From IMG/VR virus record IMGVR_UViG_3300034375_006485: DNA of 64,000 bases. One strand, written 5' to 3'. Under the pieces are notes generated by a model. That model had not been told where the DNA came from and ran no database searches. It saw nothing but the letters and a program-made list of their open reading frames with translations. The position numbers and the translations under genes are program-made. Origin of the DNA: an uncultured virus (IMG/VR IMGVR_UViG_3300034375_006485) (taxonomy: Duplodnaviria; Heunggongvirae; Uroviricota; Caudoviricetes). Positions 37,512-48,205 of the stretch are shown piece after piece. How positions within the stretch are numbered: the first letter of the stretch is position 1; each line of letters opens with the position of its first letter.

Positions 37512-40500
37512 TTACTCTCCTCCGAGTGCTAGAATGAATGGGGTTAGGGTTGAGAACAACGACTTGGAATATGCCGTTCCAGAGATAGTACCAGTATTCT
37601 GGTTAATGATTAGTCCGTCACCAATCTTGAAGTTACCTGACTGATCAGTACTGGTGAATACGACCAGACCACCATTCAGATTCACAGTTTCATTTTCAGC
37701 AATAGTAACGCCACCATTCTGAGGAAGTGCAGCTTTTACATCGATACCAGAACCAATGTATTCAAATGCATGAGATGATGCGAGAACTCTACTTTGCTTG
37801 TAGAACTCAACTTCCATTCCAGCGGTTACTTCATATGGAACCTGTGCGTCAAGGGTGATTGTTGAGATTCCTGCAGAAGGATATGTTGCCTTATTAACTG
37901 TGTAGTAACTTGGATACATATCAATCACGATTCTTGCAGGTGTTCCTCCACCTATAGGAGCACCGATTGTAACGGTTGGAGGAACAATGAATCCTCTACC
38001 GCTAGAAACAACTTCAACTCCAGTTACCTGACCATTCTCGACTGTTGCGATTGCCTGTGCAGGTACGCCCCAAGCAGTTGTTGGATTACCAATAGTAACT
38101 TCTGGAGTACTGGTATAACCAGAACCTTTAGTTGTTACTCTAATCTTGTCAACCTGATAGTATAACTTATCAAACACAGTTACTTGACCGTCGAATGGTC
38201 TCTGTGGATTAATCTGTACTGTACCACCAGAAGTATAGAAGTGTGGGAATGGACCTTTACCTACGTTAGCGGTAAAGTCTGTTGAAGTTGTAGCAACCGA
38301 GCATGTGGTTGGTTGACCCTTAACGATTGCGTCAGTTGCGATACCAATGAGGTTATCAATAGTATCTTGAACATTTTGGCAAGCGTCTGGATCGTTATTG
38401 GAGTTAAGAACAGGATCAGGAGCGAGCTTGAAGTTCTTGCTATTTAGTTGATTATTGATAGCAAGTTGCATATAGTCAGCAGATGCACGGAAAGCAGTTA
38501 CGGTTTCAACTTCTTCACCGATTAGTGCATCAGAGAGTGGCTTGCCAGTCTCTTGATCGAAGTAGTAGTTGGTTGCACTAATGATATTTTTATTAGTGAA
38601 GTTAAGAAGATCATTCTTAACTGCATCAACGATGTAACCAATGTCTCTTCTGCACTTAGTCTCTTGATCTAGGAGTCTACCTGCATTAGGTAAGAAGTTA
38701 TCTAGTTCAGTTAGAGTACCGATTCCGATTACAGTTGTAACGATTCCGATTCTATTGTCAACTACGTCCTGAACATCTTGACAGGTTTCAGGATTACCCG
38801 ATCTTGTATAAGTGATTACTGGACCAACACCGTAGTTTGCACCACCGAAGGATAGAGTTAGATCCTTAGTATAGAGTTGGTTAGTTAGAGCACCCTTCAT
38901 GTAATCACCTGCCTTACCGAAAGCAGTTACAGATTCAGATCTTTCACCATACAGACCTGGAGTTAGTGGTTGACCAGTTCCAGTGAAGTATTGCTTAGTG
39001 AAGTCTCTTGAATAAGTATTACCTCCGAGGAATACGTCAGTTGAAACAGCGTCAACTAGGTATCCAATGTCTCTTGCACACTTATAACCACCTGGGGAAG
39101 AAGTAGTTCCGAGACCAACGAAGTCATCTGCATCAGTTCCATAACCAACTGTCTGACCAAACTCGCCTGGTTGTAAGTAGAAATAACCATTGTTGATACC
39201 GTATGTTCCATCATAAAGTGCTGCAGTGTTACCTGCGGCAACTACGACTGTTACAATACCAACTAGGTTTTCAATGTTTGCCTGAACATCTGCACAGGTT
39301 TCACCATTACCCGAAGCATTATACTGGATATTACCACCAGCACCATTGTAAGATGCAGGACCGAAGGTTAAAGTTAGATCCTTAGAATATAGTTGGTTAG
39401 TTACTGCTCGCTTCATGAGAGGTTCAGCAGCTTCAAATGCGGTTAGTGAAGGTGCGAGTTCACCGTCTAGTCCGCCTCTGATTACTGATCCATCAGCGTA
39501 GTAGTATTGCTCAGAGAATCCTCTGGAATATCTATTACCACCAGTAAACACGTCAGTTGATACTGCATCAACTAAGAATCCAAGGTCTCTAGCACACTTG
39601 TAACCGCCAGGGTTCTCAGTGGTTCCGATACCAGTTCCTCTGTCGAAGATTCCAGTATCATAAGTTAGAGCGCCGAATGAAGCAGTGCTTCCAGCACCAA
39701 GAGAAACAGTTACAATACCAACCAGAGTATCAATGTTATCCTGAACATCTAAGCAGGAATTCTCGTTTCCAGACTGTAGAACAGGGATAGAGGAACCGAT
39801 ACCATAGTACTGAGGACCAGATGAAATACCAAGATCCTTAGTATAGAGTTGGTTAGTGATTGCATCCTTCATCCACTCACCGCCACCCATTAAACCAACG
39901 ATTGTTGGAGCAACTTCATTTCCATCAATGTGAATAGCACCAGACTGGTTGAAGTATTGCTTGGTAAACTCTTGTGAGTATCTGTTACCAGAAGTGAATA
40001 CGTCGGTTGCGACGGCATCAACAAAGAATCCAACGTCTCTTGCACACTTATAACCACCTGGAGTGTTAGTTGTACCAACACCAACTGATTGATCAAATAG
40101 ACCAGTGTTGAGTGGGAATGTAATAGAAGCAGTGCTTCCAGCACCAAGAGAAGATGTTACGATTCCAGCGAGAGTATCAATGGTATCTTGAATATCCTGA
40201 CATGCAGTTGAAGAAGTGTTAGCAACGTCTGAACCCTCATTTCCTGCATTATATGTTGGGTTACCAACTGAGATTGTTAGATCAGAGTATGTAGCGCCAA
40301 CTAAAGAGTTAGTAATTGCATTGAGCATGTACCCTCTTGCTTGATCAAAGACATAGAGTGACTCATCCATCTCACCCTGTAGACCATTAGAGATTAGTGA
40401 ACCATTTTCAAAATATTGGAAGGTGAACTCAGAAGCATAAGTATTACCACCAGTTAGTACATCAAGAGCAACTGCATCAATGAAGAATCCAGTATCTCTC

Positions 40501-43500
40501 TTACACTTCTCTTCAACTGAAGCGAAGTTGAATGAACTGAATAGTGGGTTATTGACTGCATCGGTGAACGCTGCGCCAACGATTACCTCCTTATTGAGTT
40601 GAATCATTCTGTAAGCATCATAATATCTTGATCTTCCGTTAGACTGTGCGTCACCTGGGAAGTAGAATGCATCATAAGCATCATAACCTTGAGCAATAGA
40701 ACCGATAGATCTATCGATAACTTCTTGCTTGTTCTGTTGGATTAGACGATATGAATCGAAGTATCTGTACTGCTCATCATCTCTCTCATCAAATCCAGTG
40801 TTAAGAGTTGGGAGTTGTGAAGTGGTTCCTAGACCAACTGCAACAGTTGCAATACCAACTAGGTTCTCGATTAGGTCTTGAACATCTGCACAAGATGATG
40901 CGCTTCTGTTATCATTAGTGACGTAATCGGGAGAAATAGTTAGGTCTTGAGCATTGAGTTGGTTAGTTACTGCTCCTCTTGCGAGATCGCCAAGTGCAGT
41001 GAATGCGGTAACTGACTCAGACTCTTCACCGAGTAGACCATCAGAGATTGGATTACCATTACCATCGAAGTATGATAGAGCGAATCCAACAACATTATCG
41101 TTAGAACCTGCCCATACATCCTCTGCGAGTGCGGAGTGTAGATAACCAAGATCTCTAGCACACTTAAATCCGCCTGGGGATGCTACAGTACCAACACCCG
41201 ACTGGTTAAAGTAACCAACATTTAATGTTGGAAGACTATTGGTTGATCCAAATCCTACTGCAGTGGTAACCACTCCAACTAGGTTTTCAATGTTTGCTTG
41301 GACATCAACACAAGCTTCAGCATTACCAGAAGGTAGTACAGGGATGGAAGAACCAGCGCCTGCATAAATCGCTTTACCTGGTGAGATTGTTAGATCTTTG
41401 ACGTTGAGTTGGTTAGTGATTGCCTTTCTTGCATAGAATCCTGCGTAATCGAAGGAAACAACACTTGGAGACTCTTCGCCAGTCAGACTTGCTGTTGGTG
41501 AACCTGCCCCATCAAAGTAGAATAGAGTGAAATCTCTTGTGTAGCTATTACCACCTGTAAATACATCAGTTGCAACGGCATCAACAAGGTAACCAATATC
41601 TCTTGCACACTTAGTACCACCAGGAGATAGAGTACCGAAGTCTTCCATCTGGAGTGATAACTTGGTGAATGGATCAGTGTTGACTACAAAGTTACCAGTA
41701 TTGAGAGCATCGCCAGAAGGTAGTTGTGTAGTGGTTCCGAGACCAACTGCAACTGTTACGATACCAACTAAGTTCTCAATAGCAGACTGAACATCAATAC
41801 AAGCATTAGCATTACCAGAGATTAACACAGGTAGTTTAGTATCATCGGTACCGTATCTAGCAGTACCAGAAGAAATGCCAACATCCTTAGAGTTAAGTTG
41901 GTTGGTAACTGCCTTCTTCATGAAGGTCTCTGCAGAATCAAATGCTACAAGTGATTGTGCTTCTTCACCAACCAGACCATTGCTGATTGGAAGTCCAGCG
42001 CCATCAAAGTATTGAAGAACGAACTCTCTAGAATAGCTGTTGCCTCCAGTAAATACGTCGGTTGAAACTGCATCAACTAAGAATCCAATATCTCTAGCAC
42101 ACTTGAATCCACCTGGGGATGAAGTAGTACCAATACCAGATTGTGAGAAGTAACCATCGTTGATTGATGTAGGAACGTCTGCGAATGTTGCGGTTGTACC
42201 AATAGAAACAACTGCAGTAACAACTCCAACGAGAGTATCAATGTTATCCTGAACATCAATACATGCTGCTGCATTACCCGAAGGAAGAACTGCAATATCT
42301 CCACCAGCACCACCATAAGTAGCAGCACCAGAAGAAATGCCAACATCCTTTCTATAAAGTTGGTTGGTGATTGCGTCCTTCATGAACTCACCAGCAGCAA
42401 TGAATGCAGTGTTTGAAGGAGCTTCTTCGCCTAGTAGACCTGTCTTAATCCATCCACGATAGGTTGGTTCATATGACTTGACAGAATCGATTGTTGTTCT
42501 TACGAATGTATGTGCAGACTGTGGAAGATGCTTGATTGCTCCAGCGATTGCACTTACAAATGTATGTGCTGTTTGTGGTTCATGTCTAATAGCATTACAC
42601 TCAGCACGTACAAATGTGTGTACAGAACCTGATGCAGAACCAGCATTTCCAACATTAACTGTGAATGTACCAGTCTGCCTCTCAAGACCGTTTGCAGATG
42701 CACTTACAAATGTGTGAGTTCCAGTGTAGTCAGCAGCACCAATATTAATCTTGAAGGTGTTATCAGTCTTCTCACTGATCTGTAACCAGCGACCTGATGG
42801 ATAATCATATCCAGCGCGTGGATATGACTTAGATACTGTGTTACCATCTAGTTCGCAAGTGAAGGTTAGTGAACCATCATCAAGTTTAATATAATCTTCA
42901 TTAGCAAATCCATGAGAAGCAACTGTTAGAACAACATCTCCAGTTGCAGGGTCATAAGTTGCTGCAGTTACAGTATGAGTGGAAACGCCAACTTCATTGA
43001 TCGCAGTTGCGATACCTGAGATTGGATTGCCTGCTGCAGGATATGCATGTTCAGTAGCATTTCCATCCTGGTCACAAGTGAAGATCATTGACTCATCTTC
43101 AATAATGACTGCACGACCAACGCCAAGACCATGCTGACCAACAGTAACAGTTAGATCACCAGTTGCTGCATTATAAGTAGCAGCAGTTGGATCAAAGTAC
43201 TTGTTAGGACCAGACTTACCTACATTAACGGTTAGAGAATCATCTGTAACACCAGTAATCTTGATTGATCTACCTGCGTATGGATCGATTCCTGGACGTG
43301 GATATGTCTTCTGTGCTTGATTATTATCAAATGCACAAGTGAAGGTGAAAGAGTTGTCCTCGATGATAACACCCTCTCCAACACTCAGTGAGTGCTCACC
43401 AACAGTAACGGTGAAGTCACCAGTTGCAGGATCATATGTTGCTGCAGTTGGGTTGAATGACCAGTCAGTACCAGAAGCACCAACATTAACAGTCACTGAT

Positions 43501-46500
43501 GTTGCACTAGTTCCAGTAATCGTTAGAGGAGAGTTATATGCAACTTGACCTTTTGCTGGTAGAGAGTGCTCACTCTTATTGCCATCCATTGCACAAGTGA
43601 AAGTGAAGCTTTCCTTGTCTAGGAAGATAACATCAGATGTTTGTAGTGGGTGATCTGCACCAACAATCATCGTGAAGTCGCCAGTTGCAGGATTATAAGT
43701 TGCAGAAGTTGGTGTCCAACCTGCTGCCTCTTGGAAGTTATTTTGTAGATAACCAATAGCGTAGGAGTTACCTCCAGTAAATACGTCAGTTGAAACAGCG
43801 TCAACTAAGAATCCAAGATCTCTAGCACACTTAAGTCCACCAGGAGAATAGGAGCTAATACCAAGTGCCTGGTTAAACTCACCTACGTCTAGAGTTCCTT
43901 GACTTGTAGGTAGTTCTGAAGTTGTACCGATACCTACAGCGTAAGTAACAATTCCGACTAGTGCATCAATACTATCCTGAACATCTAGACATGCATTTGC
44001 ATTACCAGATCTTAGAACCTCAATGTTAGGACCGCCACCTCCGAAGTATGCTTTACCCGAAGAAATGCCAACATCCTTATTGAAGAGTTGGTTAGTTACT
44101 GCATCCTTCATGTATTCGCCAGCAGATTCAAATGCGACGACTGAAGGACCTTCTTCACCTAGAAGACCATTAATGATTGGAGCAGCATTATCAAAATACT
44201 GCAATGCAAATCCATCTGCATAGTAGTTACCAGCAGTGAATAGGTCAGTTGAAATAGAATCGATGAAGAAACCAAGGTCTCTTGCACACTTATAACCACC
44301 TGGTGATGAAGTAGTACCAACACCAACAGACTGGTTGAAGTAACCATAGTTGATAGTTGCCGTTACATCAGATGCAGTTGCAGTGGTTCCTAGACCAACA
44401 ACTGAAGTAACGATACCGATTAGGTTATCAATGTTGTTCTGAACGTCAATACATGAAGCTTCGTTACCAGATCTTAGAACAGCAATATCACCTCCACCAC
44501 CACCATAAGAAGCAGGACCAGATGAAATACCAAGATCCTTAGTATAGAGTTGGTTAGTGATTGCGTCCTTCATGAACTCACCAGCTCCGATGAATCCATA
44601 TAGAGACTGTAGTTCTTCTTCGTATAGACCCTCACTGATTGGATTACCAGTTCCATCATCGAAGTACTCAAGGATAAACTCTCTAGAATAGAGGTTACCG
44701 CCAGTAAATACGTCAGTTGAAACTGAATCGATTAGGAATCCGATGTCTCTAGCACACTTGAATCCTCCTGGAGTTGCAGTGGTTCCGATACCTGCTTGGT
44801 TGAAGATACCGAGATTTCTTGTACCAGCGAAGGAGGTTGTATTTGCCTCAGTAATAGCATCAGTTACGATTGTAACTAGGTTTTCAATGTTTGTTTGTAC
44901 GTTAGCACAAGCACCAGTATCAGTATTTGAAGATGCTAGAGGATCAGTTGTAATACCAACATCAGTATAGGTTAGGTTGTTAGCAATAGCTAACTTCATT
45001 CTGTCTCTTGCTTCATTGAAAGCGTAGATGGATTGAACCTCTTCGCCACCAATACCATTATCATAGATAGCATCATTCTCAAAATATTGTAGAGTAAAGT
45101 CTTGAGAATATGCGTTACCACCAGTTAGAATGTCAAGAGAAATGGCATCAATAAAGTAACCAAGGTCTCTCTTACACTTAGTTTCAGTGCTAAGGATACC
45201 AGGATACTGAGTTCTTGTAGCATTCCAAGAACCATTAATAATCTCATCTTTGTTTTTCTGGATCAGACGATATGAATCATAGTATCTGGAACGTGCATTT
45301 GTCTCTTCATCACCAGGGAATACCCAATCAGTTGGATAAAGATCATAGTTAACAGTGATGTTACCAATAGATCTATCAATAATTTCTCTTCTGTTCTGTT
45401 GGATTAGACGATATGAATCGAAGAATCTTGATCTTTCATTAGTTTGAAGATCGTTAGGGAAGTAGAAATCAGGATAACTGATAGAGATAGATGCTAGTGA
45501 CTTATCAATAATCTCCTGTCTATTCTGTTGGATTAGACGATATGAATCATAGTATCTGGATCTTGCTGTAGTTTGAGAATCGCCTGGGAAATAAAAGTCT
45601 GGATGCTCTAATGAAATAGCAGCAAGTGACTTATCAATAACTTCTTGTCTGTTCTGCTGGATTAGGCGATATGAATCGAAATATCTTGAGCGAGCATTGG
45701 TCTCAAGATCTCCAGGGAAGTAGAATTGATCATACTTAGTTGCAATAGAAGCAAGTGACTTATCAATAATCTCTTGCTTGTTCTCATTGATTAAACGATA
45801 TGCATCATAGAATCTTGATCTTGCATTGGTCTCTGTATCGCCAGGGAAGAAGAAATCGTCATAGTTGTCATAATCTAATGAGATAGAAGCAAGGGACTTA
45901 TCAACAATTTCTTGCTTGTTCTGAAGGATTAGACGATAAGAATCATAGAATCTAGATCTATCAGTCGTCTCTGCATCATCAGGGAAGTAGAAATCTGGGT
46001 GATATAGACCGATAGTCGCAAGAGACTTATCAATGATTTCATCTTTATTTGAGTTAATAAGATTAAATGAATCTTTAAATCTGTTTCTTGAAGTATCTGG
46101 GAAGTAGAAATCTGGGTGGCCAATAGCAATCTGTGCTAGCGACTTATCAATAACTTCCTGTCTGTTCTTCTGGATCAGACGATATGAATCAAAGAATCTT
46201 GATCTTGCGTTTGTCTGATTATCATTAGGGAAATAGAAATCAGGATGCTCAACAGCAATCTCTGCAAGTGATCTATCAATGATCTCTTGCTTATTATGTT
46301 GGATTAGACGATATGAATCAAAGAATCTTGATCTTGAGTTAGTCTCTTCTTCGCCTGGGAATACAAAATCAGGATGCTTATAAGAGATAGAAGCAAGTGC
46401 CTTGTCAAGAATCTCAGTTTTGTTTGCTTCGATTGACTCGCTAGCATCACTATATCTACCAGGAGCAACAGACTTAACTTCAAAAATAGTACCGTAGTTA

Positions 46501-47561
46501 CCTGTTGGATATAGAAGTGTCTCCTGACCACCGTCTGAAGTGCAAGTAAATCCTAAACCTGCAATGGTAACACCCATACCAACACTTAGTTCGTGTTGTC
46601 TGTCGAGTGTGAATGAAGTAACTCCTGTTACATGATCATAAACAGCATCAACAACATTCATTACAGGGGCGTTTGCATCAATCTTAATCTCAAAAGTAGA
46701 TGCATCTACACCTGCATTTGATGTTACGACACCAACATATTTGAGAGGTCCGACGCCATCAGCGACAAGACCGAAGTTGCCGAATGATGAGTTAGAGTTG
46801 GTAAGGTCGCAAGCACCACCTGACTGGCAGAGGATTGCGGTATCTGAACAGATGGTGAACATGGACACCAACTGAGCGAATGCTTCGTTGAAGATTTTAG
46901 CACCTAAACCACCTGGGTTAATCTGGGTATAGGAGTCAAGAACCATGGACTTAATAGGTCCAATGGCATACTTACCATCAATGTTTAGACCAATAGTGCC
47001 TGGAATGAAGTTTGTACAGTTCTGAATATATGGCGATTGGTCAATATAAGGAACAACTTCTGGGTTAAATGTAACGATTGCGCCATCGGATTTTTGTGCT
47101 GGTCCAATGAATGACATCTCTGCGATGTAGCATCCATTGTCTAACCAGAACAAGTCTCCTTGATTTTTTGGTGTAACCGTAACTTCACGAAGTGAGTCGC
47201 CAACGACTGACACATTGTCGGGAAGTACGATTGGGTTATCTTCTAGATAAACTCCAGCACTAATTTTAATAACAGTTCCTGGGACAGACTCTGCGACGGC
47301 AGCTTTAATGGTTCTTTTTGCGTCTCCGAGTTTCTTACCTGTGTTGTTGTCGTTACCATCTTGTGTTACATATAGGACATTAATAACGGTCGCACCAGCA
47401 CCAACTCTTACAATGTCTGTTCCAATACCTGGCCTATTTCTGGCCATGTAAAGTTCGCCATCATTAGTATTAATGGCCATTTCTCCTAGAGGGAGATCAG
47501 AGACTGTAGGTTTTTTGTTAGGTACTGAAGACCTTTTGAATCTAATTTTAGGACTTGCCAT
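37512..47561 (-). CDS. Giant virion structural/fibre protein (3349 aa) with nested helical KCxRD domains and nested beta domains
   Basis: Mtd_N-like start, YV...G.D.N.G pectin-lyase-like region, 12 RxxDxxxLI half-repeats and 12 KCxRD half-repeats; late promoter at ~47597-47603. Confidence 0.88.
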   Translation of the reverse strand: MASPKIRFKRSSVPNKKPTVSDLPLGEMAINTNDGELYMARNRPGIGTDIVRVGAGATVINVLYVTQDGNDNNTGKKLGDAKRTIKAAVAESVPGTVIKISAGVYLEDNPIVLPDNVSVVGDSLREVTVTPKNQGDLFWLDNGCYIAEMSFIGPAQKSDGAIVTFNPEVVPYIDQSPYIQNCTNFIPGTIGLNIDGKYAIGPIKSMVLDSYTQINPGGLGAKIFNEAFAQLVSMFTICSDTAILCQSGGACDLTNSNSSFGNFGLVADGVGPLKYVGVVTSNAGVDASTFEIKIDANAPVMNVVDAVYDHVTGVTSFTLDRQHELSVGMGVTIAGLGFTCTSDGGQETLLYPTGNYGTIFEVKSVAPGRYSDASESIEANKTEILDKALASISYKHPDFVFPGEEETNSRSRFFDSYRLIQHNKQEIIDRSLAEIAVEHPDFYFPNDNQTNARSRFFDSYRLIQKNRQEVIDKSLAQIAIGHPDFYFPDTSRNRFKDSFNLINSNKDEIIDKSLATIGLYHPDFYFPDDAETTDRSRFYDSYRLILQNKQEIVDKSLASISLDYDNYDDFFFPGDTETNARSRFYDAYRLINENKQEIIDKSLASIATKYDQFYFPGDLETNARSRYFDSYRLIQQNRQEVIDKSLAAISLEHPDFYFPGDSQTTARSRYYDSYRLIQQNRQEIIDKSLASISISYPDFYFPNDLQTNERSRFFDSYRLIQQNRREIIDRSIGNITVNYDLYPTDWVFPGDEETNARSRYYDSYRLIQKNKDEIINGSWNATRTQYPGILSTETKCKRDLGYFIDAISLDILTGGNAYSQDFTLQYFENDAIYDNGIGGEEVQSIYAFNEARDRMKLAIANNLTYTDVGITTDPLASSNTDTGACANVQTNIENLVTIVTDAITEANTTSFAGTRNLGIFNQAGIGTTATPGGFKCARDIGFLIDSVSTDVFTGGNLYSREFILEYFDDGTGNPISEGLYEEELQSLYGFIGAGEFMKDAITNQLYTKDLGISSGPASYGGGGGDIAVLRSGNEASCIDVQNNIDNLIGIVTSVVGLGTTATASDVTATINYGYFNQSVGVGTTSSPGGYKCARDLGFFIDSISTDLFTAGNYYADGFALQYFDNAAPIINGLLGEEGPSVVAFESAGEYMKDAVTNQLFNKDVGISSGKAYFGGGGPNIEVLRSGNANACLDVQDSIDALVGIVTYAVGIGTTSELPTSQGTLDVGEFNQALGISSYSPGGLKCARDLGFLVDAVSTDVFTGGNSYAIGYLQNNFQEAAGWTPTSATYNPATGDFTMIVGADHPLQTSDVIFLDKESFTFTCAMDGNKSEHSLPAKGQVAYNSPLTITGTSATSVTVNVGASGTDWSFNPTAATYDPATGDFTVTVGEHSLSVGEGVIIEDNSFTFTCAFDNNQAQKTYPRPGIDPYAGRSIKITGVTDDSLTVNVGKSGPNKYFDPTAATYNAATGDLTVTVGQHGLGVGRAVIIEDESMIFTCDQDGNATEHAYPAAGNPISGIATAINEVGVSTHTVTAATYDPATGDVVLTVASHGFANEDYIKLDDGSLTFTCELDGNTVSKSYPRAGYDYPSGRWLQISEKTDNTFKINIGAADYTGTHTFVSASANGLERQTGTFTVNVGNAGSASGSVHTFVRAECNAIRHEPQTAHTFVSAIAGAIKHLPQSAHTFVRTTIDSVKSYEPTYRGWIKTGLLGEEAPSNTAFIAAGEFMKDAITNQLYRKDVGISSGAATYGGAGGDIAVLPSGNAAACIDVQDNIDTLVGVVTAVVSIGTTATFADVPTSINDGYFSQSGIGTTSSPGGFKCARDIGFLVDAVSTDVFTGGNSYSREFVLQYFDGAGLPISNGLVGEEAQSLVAFDSAETFMKKAVTNQLNSKDVGISSGTARYGTDDTKLPVLISGNANACIDVQSAIENLVGIVTVAVGLGTTTQLPSGDALNTGNFVVNTDPFTKLSLQMEDFGTLSPGGTKCARDIGYLVDAVATDVFTGGNSYTRDFTLFYFDGAGSPTASLTGEESPSVVSFDYAGFYARKAITNQLNVKDLTISPGKAIYAGAGSSIPVLPSGNAEACVDVQANIENLVGVVTTAVGFGSTNSLPTLNVGYFNQSGVGTVASPGGFKCARDLGYLHSALAEDVWAGSNDNVVGFALSYFDGNGNPISDGLLGEESESVTAFTALGDLARGAVTNQLNAQDLTISPDYVTNDNRSASSCADVQDLIENLVGIATVAVGLGTTSQLPTLNTGFDERDDEQYRYFDSYRLIQQNKQEVIDRSIGSIAQGYDAYDAFYFPGDAQSNGRSRYYDAYRMIQLNKEVIVGAAFTDAVNNPLFSSFNFASVEEKCKRDTGFFIDAVALDVLTGGNTYASEFTFQYFENGSLISNGLQGEMDESLYVFDQARGYMLNAITNSLVGATYSDLTISVGNPTYNAGNEGSDVANTSSTACQDIQDTIDTLAGIVTSSLGAGSTASITFPLNTGLFDQSVGVGTTNTPGGYKCARDVGFFVDAVATDVFTSGNRYSQEFTKQYFNQSGAIHIDGNEVAPTIVGLMGGGEWMKDAITNQLYTKDLGISSGPQYYGIGSSIPVLQSGNENSCLDVQDNIDTLVGIVTVSLGAGSTASFGALTYDTGIFDRGTGIGTTENPGGYKCARDLGFLVDAVSTDVFTGGNRYSRGFSEQYYYADGSVIRGGLDGELAPSLTAFEAAEPLMKRAVTNQLYSKDLTLTFGPASYNGAGGNIQYNASGNGETCADVQANIENLVGIVTVVVAAGNTAALYDGTYGINNGYFYLQPGEFGQTVGYGTDADDFVGLGTTSSPGGYKCARDIGYLVDAVSTDVFLGGNTYSRDFTKQYFTGTGQPLTPGLYGERSESVTAFGKAGDYMKGALTNQLYTKDLTLSFGGANYGVGPVITYTRSGNPETCQDVQDVVDNRIGIVTTVIGIGTLTELDNFLPNAGRLLDQETKCRRDIGYIVDAVKNDLLNFTNKNIISATNYYFDQETGKPLSDALIGEEVETVTAFRASADYMQLAINNQLNSKNFKLAPDPVLNSNNDPDACQNVQDTIDNLIGIATDAIVKGQPTTCSVATTSTDFTANVGKGPFPHFYTSGGTVQINPQRPFDGQVTVFDKLYYQVDKIRVTTKGSGYTSTPEVTIGNPTTAWGVPAQAIATVENGQVTGVEVVSSGRGFIVPPTVTIGAPIGGGTPARIVIDMYPSYYTVNKATYPSAGISTITLDAQVPYEVTAGMEVEFYKQSRVLASSHAFEYIGSGIDVKAALPQNGGVTIAENETVNLNGGLVVFTSTDQSGNFKIGDGLIINQNTGTISGTAYSKSLFSTLTPFILALGGE

Positions 47562-47643
47562 TAACCCATCCAGAAAAATTTTCGGTACTTTTACTTTATT
47601 TATGAAATATCTTTATTAAGTTACATTACAATATTATAAATCT

Positions 47644-48156
47644 TTAAAGTCCGTAGAGTCCACAATCAACAGTAATATTCTCCATCAATCTCTCACCATC
47701 TTCACAGGTGATGACTTGAGACTGACCAGCGCAATCATTCAACCATAGTGCTCCAATTTCAAGAGCAGCATATGCTTCTGCAAGAACACTATTACTATTT
47801 AATATAGCTCTCTGAGCAAACTTCATTCTATCATCATCATTATCATAATACATTGCTGCTTTCTCTGAAGAGTTAGTAGCAGTATCAAAATAGTTCAGAA
47901 CAACGCCAACATCATTACCCAAATCTTGAGTTGGAGGAACTAACTCTCCAGTAGCCTCATCTAATATTAAACCAAGTTCGATTAAAGGATCTCTGAGCGT
48001 GAAAGTTTCAGAATCTACAAGGAATCTTCCACCATCAATAAGCAAATCACCAGTAATATTGGCATTACCAATAACTGTTAGTACAGTTTCAAAGTCAGTG
48101 TATCCCTGAACACCAAGTGTTAACTCCCTTTGAGTAGGACTTAAATATTTTGTCAT
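47644..48156 (-). CDS. Small fibre-associated structural protein
   Basis: MxKYLS N-terminus; DPLIELG..D.G..LNY segment shared with 3649..5175. Confidence 0.7.
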   Translation of the reverse strand: MTKYLSPTQRELTLGVQGYTDFETVLTVIGNANITGDLLIDGGRFLVDSETFTLRDPLIELGLILDEATGELVPPTQDLGNDVGVVLNYFDTATNSSEKAAMYYDNDDDRMKFAQRAILNSNSVLAEAYAALEIGALWLNDCAGQSQVITCEDGERLMENITVDCGLYGL

Positions 48157-48205
48157 TTAGAAATAACCCTTCTTAACCGTAAAGTTATTTAGTGAAATAA
48201 TGTAC

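Noticed and set aside
3096..47561. Diversity-generating retroelement suggested by Mtd_N-like domains and paralogous genes
   Set aside because: No reverse transcriptase is in the window, and I saw no TR/VR pair differing only at adenines
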